From Mobula hypostoma (lineage: Eukaryota): a stretch of 64,000 nt of DNA. A program made the translations under genes and the position numbers. Shown in pieces: positions 48,017-58,600 of the stretch. The stretch is taken from the NCBI RefSeq assembly GCF_963921235.1, contig NC_086106.1, positions 20,026,001-20,090,000 on the forward strand. Reading direction: 5' to 3'. The notes beneath the pieces are model-generated. The model was given only the letters and a program-made list of their open reading frames with translations, searched no databases and was not told where the DNA came from. The stretch's first letter is position 1. Each line of letters begins with the position of its first letter.

Positions 48017-48432
48017 GATAAATACATTAGAGTCTTATGTTTCCGACAACCTGTAGCCGAGTTTTTGTTCTCTCCGCGGGCAATGTCAGATCAGACCTCC
48101 GCAGGAGGCAGTGCGTCCTCTCTTCCCCATAACAGGGGGCCTGGTTTGGGGGTGGGGGAGGGTGGCAGGGTGGTGCAGTGGGTAGAGCTTCGTAGTAAAC
48201 TCCCCTTCGTGCAAGGGAGGAGGGGCAGGATTAGAGGGGGAGTTGAGTAGTGTTGGTCAGTCAGGGGGTGCAGAGAATTATGTAGACATTGGGGTGAATG
48301 GACCTCGCAGCGATTGCTTCTCCTGCAGCCAGTATGGAGCCTCAGGGAAACAGGCCATTCGTCCCATTGATTCTGTGCTGCCCCTCACACCTGCTCTGAT
48401 ACCAAACCACACCACACACATACCAGAATAAA
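48017..48432 (+). terminator. Candidate SLC7A7 polyadenylation signals
   Basis: Variant GATAAA/AATACA at 48017-48026 with GU-rich downstream sequence; canonical AATAAA at 48427-48432. Which is used cannot be determined from sequence. Confidence 0.4.
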
Positions 48433-49250
48433 AACTCCTTCCTTTATTTTCATTCCTTCCACCTGCTTCTCAATGCCCCAATTCCAGACCAGCGCCGAGG
48501 CTGGTGGGATCACTGCCACATGGTGAGAGATGAAGGTGAGGCCTTGGGTGGATTTAAGCCCTGGGAACAGGGAAGAGCAGAGCTGCTGGAGTCTGAAGCA
48601 GCATGCGAGCTGCCGGTGGAATTCCATGGGTCGTGCAGTGCGTGGAGCCAGAGTAACAGCAGGATCTCTGAAGTTACAGGCCGAGACCCTAAGTCAGTGC
48701 TGAGAGGTGTGGAGGGGAGACGGACCGGTACATGGAGGCCAGGAACAGGAAAGCAAAAGATGGATCCCCCTCCCCCCCGAGGCGGAGGAGGAGGAGGATG
48801 GACGGATGGAGCCATCTAAGGAAGTGAAGATTAGGAGGCAGTGGCCTAAGGGTGACAGACGAGAGATAAAAGGTGGAGCCAGCTAGGGGAGGAGTGGGTG
48901 GAGTTCGAGCCATTTGAGGGAGAGCTTCTTCACCCTGAGAGTGGAGAAAACCTGGAACACACTGCTTGAGAGTGATAGTAGCAGAAACAGCATTGAAGAC
49001 TTGAGTCCCCACGGAAAACACTGGAAGATGGGATTAATACAGATGGGTTACCAGAGACACATTGGGCTGAATAGCCTCACTTCCTGCTCTACAGTCCATG
49101 CATATGACACGCAGGTACTCTATCAAACGTAGACTTCTTGGACCTCCCAACTCTGGAACCTCTCTAAACAGAGCAAGACCAGGGATACTCACACACAAAG
49201 TGCAGAACCATCAGATGAAAGGTCTCTGTCTGAAATGTCAAAAGTTAATG

Positions 49251-49532
49251 TTATTTATTGATTGAGATACAGCACCGAGTAGGGCCTTCCAGCAGTTCGA
49301 GCCGCACTGCCCAGCAATCCCCCAGTTTAATCCTGGCCTAATCTTCGAGCAATTTATAATGACCAATTAACCTGGGATGACCTCAGACTGTGGGCGGAAT
49401 CTGGAGCACCCAGAGGAAACCCACATGATCACGGGGAGAATGCACAAACCCCTTGCCGGCCGCGGCTGGAATTGAACCCCAGGCCGCTGGTACTGTAAAA
49501 CGTCGCGCCAACCACGGCGCCACTATGCCGCC
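49251..49532 (-). mobile_element. V-SINE inserted into a Penelope pLTR remnant (~49190-49250 and ~49535-49630)
   Basis: Reverse complement shows a tRNA-like head (ggcggcatagtggcgccgtggtt...gggttcaattcc) and the V core. The flanks rejoin as pLTR sequence. Confidence 0.78.
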
Positions 49533-51010
49533 CCGATTTCCCTCCATAGACGCTGCCTGACTTGCTGAGCTCCCCCCAGCATTTTGCTTGTGTCGCTCAA
49601 GATGTGCAGCGCCTGGAGAATCCTCTCGCATCTCGGGGGATCATCAGCAGGTCAGGCGGTAACCACAGGGAGGGGACCAAGTCAACATGTTCGGAGTGTC
49701 ACATGGGACTGCCCCCCCACCACTAGTTGAGACTTCATTAACAGGGTTGGCAGGAGATCAAGGGGGTGAACAATTATTTGCTCAGAGAGAGAAAATACAT
49801 CCCTATAACCTGGATGGGGAATATCGTTCCGTTCTGGTGCCTGAGACTCCTTTCACCCTTGTCAGAGCTAAAGTAACAGCCACAGTCCTGGAGGAAGCAT
49901 ACGTTGAAGGAGAGATTCTCAACTCTCAATGCACAGGAGGGAGAATTGCAAATGAGTGGGAATTCTGTAGGGAACCAATAGAAGAGGTGGGTCTATTGGA
50001 AATGAATGGAATGTTCACAGTCTGCTGGGGATGACTGGAAAGAGCGAGACTTGGTAATGAATGGGAAGGGGAAAGGAATAAATGGGAATCTTTGGGATTT
50101 GCTGTTGATGAATGGGAAGGGGTGATTCCATTGGGGTGAATGGGAAGGGCGGGACGCTGGTGATGGTGTCCATTGGTGTGGAATGAGAATGGGTGAGAGG
50201 ATGGATCGGAAGGTGTGGAGCTCCCAGGGAATGAATGGGAAGGGGCAGTGAGGGAATGCCGCTCTGTGGGAGGGGTGTGCTGAAGGGAATGCATTGTTAC
50301 GTCATGTCTGGGAGATTTGTTACGTCGCTGGCCGGACACATTGTTACGTCACGGCTGTCGAGCACCTTCGCACCTCGGCGGCGGAGATTATCATTGCTAC
50401 GGTTTCAGATGAAAGGTGAAGGCACCAATGCACAGGGTCGGAAAAAGCTGCAAAGAGTTGTAGATTCAGCCAGCTCCATCATGGCCACAAACCTCCCGAC
50501 CTTCGAGGAGGTTATTCCTCCTCCAAAGGCAGCAAGCACCATGAAAGATTCTCACCATCTGGGGTATACTCTCTTCTCATTACTAACATAGGAAGGAGGG
50601 ACAGGAGCTCAAAGTTTTATGAACAGTTCCAACCTCTCTGCCATCAGATAAGGTGTCTGAACAATACTTCATTATTTTGCACTATTTTAGAGTTACAGAA
50701 AAGCACTGCTCAAAAACAGACCCTCTGGTCCATCTCATGTGTGCCGAACCGCTTAAACTGCCTGGTCCCAAAGACCTGCACCGGGACCATAGCCCTCCAT
50801 GTCCCTATCCAAACTTCTCTAAAACGTTGGCATCAAGCTCGCATGCACCCCTTGTGCTGGCAGCTCGTTCCACACTGAGTGAAGAGGTTTCCCCTCATGT
50901 TCTCCTTAAACTTTTCACCTTCCACCCTTAACCCATGACATCTATTTGCAGTCCCACACTGTGGAAAAAGCCTGCTTTCATTTACCCTATCCAATTCCCT
51001 CATAATTTTA

Positions 51011-53619
51011 TAGAACATAAAACATAGAATAGTACAGCACAGTACAGGTCCTTTGGCCCACAAAGTTGTGCCAACCCTCAAACCCTGCCTCCCATATAAA
51101 CCCCCACGTTAAATGTCTCCATATACCTGTCTAGTAGTCTCTTAAATTTCACTAGCGTATCTGCCTCCACCACTGACTCAGGCAGTGCATTCCACGTACC
51201 AACCACTCTCTGAGTAAAAAACTTTCCTCTAATATCCTCCTTGAACTTCCCACCCCTTACCTTAAAGCCATGTCCTCTTGTATTGAGCAGTGGTGCCCTG
51301 GGAAAGAGGCACTGGCTGTCCACTCTATCTATTCCTCTTAATATCTTGTCCACCTCTATCATGTCTCCTCTCATCCTCCTCTCCAGAGAGTAAAGCCCTA
51401 GCTCCCTTAATCTTTGATCATAATGGCAGCATCCTGGTAAATCTCCTCTTCACCCTTTCCAATGCTTCCACATCCTTCCTATAGTGAGGCGACCAGAAAT
51501 GGATACAGGACTCCAAGTGTGGCCTAACCAGAGTTTTATAGAGCTGCATCATTACATCGCGACTCTTAAACTCTGTCCCTCGACTTATGAAAGCTAACAC
51601 CCCATAAGCTTTCTTAACTACCCTATCCACCTGTGAGGCAACTTTCAGGGATCTATGGACATGTACCCTCAGATCCCTCTGCTCCTCCATTTACTTTGTA
51701 CTCTCCCTTGGAGTTTGTCCTTCCAAAGTGTACCAACTCACACTTCTCCGGGTTGAACTCCATCTGCCACTTCTCAGCCCACTTCTGCAACCATTCAATG
51801 TCTCTCTGCAATCTTTGACAATCCTCTACACTATCTACAACACCACCAACCTTTGTGTCATCTGAAATCTTGCCAACCCACCCTTCTACCCCCAAATCCA
51901 GGTCGTTAATAAAAATCACGACAAGTAGAGGTCCCAGAACTGATCTTTATGGGACACCACTAGTCACAACCCTCCAATCCGAATGTACTCCCTCCGCCAC
52001 GACCCTCTGCCTTCTGCAGGCAAGCCAATTCTGAATCCACCTGGCTGAACTTCCCTGGATCCCAAGCCTTCTGAATTTCTGAATAAGCCTACCATGTGGA
52101 ACCTTGTCAAATGCCTTACTAAAATCCATGTAGATCACATCCACTGCACTACACTCATCTATATGCCTGGTCACCTCCTCAAAGAGCTCTATCAGGCTTG
52201 TTAGACACGATCTGCCCTTCACAAAGCCATGCTGACTGCCCCTGATTAGACCATGAATCTATAAATGCCCATAGATCCTATCCGTAAGAATCTTTTCCAA
52301 CAGCTTTCCCACCACAGACGTAAGGCTCACTGGTCTATAATTACCTGGACTATCCCTACTACCTTTTTTAAACAAGGGGACAACATTCACCTCCCTCCAA
52401 TCCTCCGATACCATTCAGATGGACAACAAGGCCCTGGGGACTTATCCACCCTAATGTTTTTTAACAACTCCAACACTTCCCTTCCCTTAATATCAACATG
52501 CTCTAGAACATCAACCTCACTCATATTGTCCTCACTGTCATCAAGTTCCCTCTCATTGGTGAATACCAAAGAGAAGTATTCATTGAGGACCTTGCTCACT
52601 TCCACAGCCTCCAGGCACATCTTCCCACCTTTATCTCTAATCAGTCCTATCTTCACTCCTGTCATCATTTTGTTCTTCACATAATTGAAGAATGCCTTGG
52701 GGTTTTCCTTTACTCTACTCGCCAAGGCCTTCTCATGCCCCCTTCTTCCTCTCCTCAGCCCCTTCTTAAGCTCCTTTCTTGCTACCCTATATTCCTCAAT
52801 AGACCCATCTGATCCCTGCTTCCTAAACCTCATGTATGCTGCCTTCTTCCACCTGACTAGGTTTTCCACCTCACTTGTCACCCATGGTTCCTTCACCCTA
52901 CTATTCTTTATCTTCCTCACCGGGACAAATTTATCCCTAACATCCCGCAAGAGATCCCTAAACATCGACCACATGTCCGTAGTACATTTCCCTGCAAAAA
53001 CATCATCCTAATTCATACCTGCAAATTCTAGCCTCATAATTTGCCCTTCCCCAATTAAAAATTTTCATGTCCTCTCTGATTCTATCCTTTTCCATAATAA
53101 TGTTAAAGGCCAGGGAGCAGTGGTCACTGTCCACCAGATGCTCACCCACTGAGAGACCTGTGACCTGACCCGGTTCGTTACCTAATACTAGATCTAATAT
53201 GGCATTCCCCCTAGTCGGCCTGTCAACATACTGTGACAGGAATCCATCCTGGACACACTTAACAAACTCTGCCCCGTCTAAACCATTGGAACTAATCAGG
53301 TGCCAATGGGAAGTTAAAGTCACCCATGATAATAACCCTGTTATTTTTGCATCTTTCCAAAATCTGCCTCCCAATCTGCTCCTTGGTATCTTTGCTTCTA
53401 CCGGGGGCCTATAGAATACTCCCAGTAGAGTAACTGTTCCCTTCCTGTTCCTGACTTCTACCTATACTGACTCAAAAGAGGATCCTGCTACATTACCCAC
53501 CCTTTCTGTAGCTGTAATAGTATCCCTGACCAGTAATGCCACCTCTCCTCCCCCTTTCTCCCTCTCTATCCCTTTTAAACCACTGAAATCCAGGAATATT
53601 GAGAATCCATTCCTGCCCC
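51011..53619 (-). mobile_element. CR1 LINE ORF2 (partial endonuclease plus RT) nested in an older CR1 3' end (50690-51010, 53620-53720)
   Basis: Minus ORFs 53003-53374 (PTRGNAILDLVL...SDH), 52387-52974, 51947-52222 (YMDFSKAFDKVPH), 51653-51919, 51418-51690 and 51078-51374. The flanks rejoin as cataattttatatacctctatcaaatctcc. Confidence 0.9.
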
Positions 53620-53899
53620 GTATACCTCTATCAAATCTCCCCCCAATCTGCTACAATCCCAGGAATAAAGTCCTAACCTATTCAATCTTTCCTTATTACT
53701 CAGGTCCTCCAGTCCCAGCATATATATTATATATAAAATATTATCCAATTTATAGTACTTTCTATGTATTTCACTCTACTGCTGCCGCACAACAACGATT
53801 CATGACATATGTCAGTGATAATGAACCTGATTTTGACTCTGCCTCACCCGTGCAAAGCTGTAACTAGCACGGATGCAAATCTCCGCTGCTTCAGTCGAA

Positions 53900-54000
53900 C
53901 GGACTGCGCCGAATCGAGGCGTAGTGATGTCACGGGCACGCCGTGCTGCACCGCCCCTTCCGCTCCTGCGCATGCGCCTTGCATGTCAAAGATGGCGGCG
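53900..54000 (+). promoter_or_regulatory. OXA1L: OXA1L CpG-rich promoter with GC box, ETS/GABP-like, NRF1 and YY1 motifs
   Basis: CCGCCCC (53951), CTTCCG (53957), a full NRF1 site TGCGCATGCGC (53967-53977), and AAGATGGCGGC overlapping the ATG at 53992. Confidence 0.8.
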
Positions 54001-54033
54001 GCGACGGCCGGGAGGACATGGAGCCAAAGACTG
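53992..54033 (+). CDS. OXA1L: OXA1L mitochondrial inner-membrane insertase, coding exon 1
   Basis: MAAATAGRTWSQRL with donor ctg|gtaact. An in-frame ATG also lies at 53983. Assigned from promoter position and phase; the presequence is poorly conserved. Confidence 0.7.
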
Positions 54034-54322
54034 GTAACTAAATGGAATAATGTGGGACCAAGGGCTCGGCGTGGCGGGGATTGTGGTGACGGAGCGGCTT
54101 CCTTCCCCTACGGACTCGGGCCGGGGTTGGTGCGGGGAGCGGAGCCGAGCCCTGTGTCAAGGTCTTGGTTACCACCACGGGAGAAGTCAGCCGGAGTTAA
54201 CGACAGGGCTGAGAGGTCAGGGTGGGTGGGAGTCACAGCCCACGGAGTATTCAGAGCCTGTGGAGCGATCACAGCTTGAGGAGCGGTGACAAACTGGAGG
54301 CCAGTGTCAGAGCCTAGTCAGG

Positions 54323-54494
54323 GAGGGAATGGGGTCAGACCTCATAGACAGTTCTCAAGGCAGAGGATAGGTCATTCAGTGATCAGTGGCAAGTTAGAAG
54401 TCACTGGCAGTGGTCAGAGCTCGGAGTCAACATCAGGGGTGTCAGCGAGGGAATGGGGTCAGACCTCATAGACAGTTCTCAAGGCAGAGGATAG
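54323..54494. repeat. Exact 48-bp direct duplication in OXA1L intron 1
   Basis: gagggaatggggtcagacctcatagacagttctcaaggcagaggatag at 54323-54370 and 54447-54494. Confidence 0.9.
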
Positions 54495-54605
54495 ATCATG
54501 GGATGTCTGTTTGGGCTCTGGCCTCTGTGTTATGGGAGCTTGCTATCCCCTGACACAGTTTCTAACACTCTTTCACAGCCTCCCATCTCTTCTCTCCTGT
54601 TGCAG

Positions 54606-54740
54606 ATGCAGAGATCCTGGGCCCAGATGACGGGCGTGAGAAAAACAGCCTTCACCCTGACTCCACGGTGTGCCCCTACCCAGTACCAGGGCACCTGCCT
54701 CTTGCTGACAGCAACTCCAGTGCGGTACAGAAGCACAGAG
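54606..54740 (+). CDS. OXA1L: OXA1L coding exon 2 (presequence region)
   Basis: Polypyrimidine tract plus tgcag; 135 nt, phase 0-0; MQRSWAQMTGVRK...PVRYRSTE; donor gtacag is weaker. Confidence 0.65.
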
Positions 54741-55276
54741 GTACAGAGAGAGACCAAACTTTTCACAAGGGATGGTGTGGTGGAAGGAGGAGTGTTGACT
54801 GGGAAGTAGAGAGCTTTGAATACGGAGGAGAAAACAAAGGGGTGTGTAGTCTCGTGGGGTTATGGAGGTGGCTGCGTGTAGGGGGTTATGAAGGCAGGGA
54901 ATTATGAAGTCCAGTGGTGGTTGCAGGTGTACCTTGCGGGCCAAAGAATGTCCCCGGCACAAATGGGGAGCGTGCTGAAGTCAGAGGCAGGGAGGGGTAT
55001 AATAATGGTGGAGTGATAGAATCTGAAAAGGGATAGAGGTTTGCAATGATATGGAGGAGTGTGGGGACAGAGGATTACTCAGATGGGGAAGTATTGGGGT
55101 TGGCAGGGGTTACAGGTGGAGTGTAGGGGCAGGAGCTCACAGATGAAGAGGGAGTGGTCTCAAGGGAGGAGTATGGGATCTGAAGGATTGAGCAGTTCGG
55201 ATGGAGAAGACAGACATGGCTGGTCAGGAATGTCGGGAGAGGGATTAACCCCATGATCTGTGATCTATGTCTGCAG

Positions 55277-55613
55277 CCGCCGTCGTCCCTTGGTTTAGCC
55301 TCTGCAAATGAGATCCTCCAATCATCCGGGACCAGTACTGCCTCTGGGGGAGTCCAATCAGCTGAGGCCCTGGCACAGTCCGGGGGAGTCGTCCAGTCGG
55401 CCGAGGCCCTGGCACACTCTGGGGGAGTCGTCCAATCGGCCGAGGCCCTGGCCCCCTCGGTGGAAATGGTCCAGTCGGCCAGCGAGGTGCTACAGGAGGC
55501 CGGACTCAGCGAGCTGGGTTTAGGAGGATATACGCCAGTCGGCCTGATCCAAAACATCCTTGAGTTCCTGCATATGGATGTGGGGCTGCCCTGGTGGGGG
55601 GCAATCGTGGCTG
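55277..55613 (+). CDS. OXA1L: OXA1L coding exon 3
   Basis: 337 nt ending [36 protein letters not shown] g|gtgagg, the conserved Oxa1/YidC TM1 region. Confidence 0.9.
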
Positions 55614-55694
55614 GTGAGGGCAGGAGTGGGGCAGAGGGCAGCGCTGCGCACGTTCCTTCCTACCTCGCTTGTGCCGCCCACATTACACTGCCGT

Positions 55695-58600
55695 ACATAA
55701 GAACATAAGAAATAGGAGGAGGAGTAGGCCATCCAGCCCATCGAGCCTGCCCTGCCATTCAATAAGATCATGGCTGATCTGTCCATAAACTCAGCTCCAT
55801 CTACCTGCCTTTTCCCCATAACCCTTAATTCCCCTACTATGTAAGAATCTATCTAATTGTATCATAAATATATTTAGTGTGAAGAAGCCTCAACTGCTTC
55901 CCTGGGCAGAGAATTCCACAGATTCACCCTCTCTGGGAAAAACAGTTTCTCCTCATCTCCATCCTAAATCTTCTCCCCTGAATCTTGAGGCAATGTCCCC
56001 TAGTTGTAGTCTCACCTACTAATGGAAACAACTTTCCTACTTCTATCTTATCTATCCCTTTCAAAATTTTGTATGTTTCTATAAGATCCCCTCTCATTCT
56101 TCTTAATTCCAGGGAGTATAGTCCCAGGTGACTCAATCCCTCCTCATAGGTTAACCCCTTCATGTCTGGAATCAACCTGGTGAACCTCCTGTGCACTGGC
56201 TCCAAAGGCAGTATATACTTCCTCAAGTATGGAGACCAGAACTGCACACAGTACTCCAGGTGCGGCCTCACCAGTACACTATATAGTTGCAGCATGACCT
56301 CCCTGCTCTTGTATTCAATCCCTCTGGCAATGAAGGCCAACATTCCGTTTGCCTTCTTAATAACCTGTTGTACCTGAAAGCCAACTTTTTGCGATTCATG
56401 CACAAGCACTCCCAAGTCCCTCTGCACAACAGCATGCTGCAATCTTTCACCATTTAAATAATAATCTGCTCTTCTATTATTCCTTCCAAAGTGGATGATC
56501 TCGCATTTACCAACGTTGTATTCCATCTGCCAGACCTTGGCCCACGCACTTAACCTATCTATATGCCTCTGCAGACTCTCCATATCCTCTGTACAATTTA
56601 CTTTTCCACTCAGTTTAGTGTCATCAGCAAATTTTGCTATGTTACACTCAGTCCCCTCTTCCAAATCATCAACGTAAATGGTAAACAGCTGCAGGCCCAG
56701 CACCGACCCCTGCAGCACCCCACTCACTACTAACTGTCAACTGGAGAAGCACCCACTTATACCAACTCTCTGCCTTCTATTGGTTAACCAATCCACTATC
56801 CATGCCAATACACTTCCTCCAGTTCCATTTACCTGTTCCCCTCTATCCACTGCACTCATTATGTCTTTAAATAACTCTGGTAAGTTTGTCAAACAGGACC
56901 TGCCCTTTCTGAATCCACGCTGCGTCTGTCCAATGGAACCACTTCTTTCTAAATGTTTCACTATTTCTTCCTTAATGACAGCTTCAAGCATTTTCCTGAC
57001 TACAGATGTTAAGCTAACTGGCCTATAGTTGCCTGTCTTTTTCCTACATCCTTTTTTAAAAGGTGGTGTGACATTTGCTGTCTTCCAATCTGCTAGGACC
57101 TGCCCAGAGTCTAGAGAGTTTTGATAAATGATTACCAACGCGTCTACTATAATGTTCGCCAATTCCTTCAGCACCCTGGGATGCATCCCATCAGGACCAG
57201 GGGACTTATCTACCTTCAGGCTCTCTACTTTGCTCATCACTATCTCTTTAGTTACAGTGATTTCATCGAGGTCCTCACCTCCCATTTCGTCCATAACATC
57301 ATTCTTTGGCATATTAGATGTGTCCTCCACCATGAAGACCGACACAAAATAGTCGTTCAAAGCCTCAGCCATTTCCTTATCACCCAATATCAATTTCCCC
57401 TTTTTGTCTTCCAAGGGAGCTACGTTGACTTTTGCCACCCTCTTCCCCTTTAAATATTTATAAAAACTTTTGCTATTTGTTTTTATATTTTGTGCTAATT
57501 TACTGTCATACTCTATCTTCCCCTTCCTTATTTCTTGTTTAGTTGTTCTTTGTTGCTTTTTAAAGTTTTCCCAATCCTCCAGTCTCCCACTACTCTTTGC
57601 AATTTTGTACACCTGAGCTTTTAATTTGATACTAGCTTTTATTTCCTTAGTTATCCAAGGCTGGCCCTCCCCACACTTACTGTCCTTACTTTTGACTGGA
57701 ATATACTTTTGCTGAGCACTGTGAAAAATCTATTTGAAAGTATTCCACTATTCCTCAACTGTCCTATCAAATAGCCTGTGCTCCCAATCCACATTAGCCA
57801 ACTCCTCCCTCATCCTGTTGTAGTCTCCCTTGTTCAAGCATAATACACTAATTTTAGATCTGTTTCATCCTCCATCTGTATGCAAAATTCAATCATATTA
57901 TGATCACTCTTTCCAAGAGGATCCCTAGCTACAAGATCGTTAATCTTACTTGCCTCATTGCACAGAATTAGATCTAAGATAGCATTTTCCCTTGTAGGTT
58001 CACTAACATGCTGCTCAAGAAAGCCATCACAGATGCATTCTATGAAGTCCTCCTCAAGACCTCCTTGACCAACCTGATTCACCCAATCTATGTAGAAGTT
58101 AAAATTCCCCATGACAACTGCCATTCCGTTCTTACAAGCCTCAGTTATTTCTTGGTTAATCACCTCTGCCACGGCAATATTGTTATTAGGTGGTCTTTAG
58201 ACAACTCCCACCAGTGATTTTTTTTCCCTTTACTATTCTTTTTTTTTTTTCTTTTTAAATCTTTTTATTGAGTAAGTATACAAAAAAGGTAAGCCATATA
58301 AACATTAATACAATGTTAAAGTATAATAAAATTCCAAAAGATAACAATACCAAAAAGAAAATACTACAAACAATGTAATTTAAGCATAAGAAACCAAGAT
58401 AACATAATAGTATACTAGATTTTATATATATCAATGGAAAAAAAGAAAAAAAAACCCCAAAAAAAAACCCACCGTGCAACTAACTAAAAGCAAAGCAAAG
58501 CAATGGGCTAACTTGAAACCAAACAGAGTTAAACTTAAAATCACGTCCTCAATCCCGACCTCCATTAAAACAGTAAAAAAAAACAAGAAGGGTAAATATT

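Noticed and set aside
47396-48250. 284-aa ORF downstream of SLC7A7
   Set aside because: Low-complexity, pyrimidine-rich probable 3' UTR with no recognisable protein motif.
49465-49532. tRNA gene
   Set aside because: The A/B-box-like sequence is the head of a V-SINE and runs directly into the SINE body.
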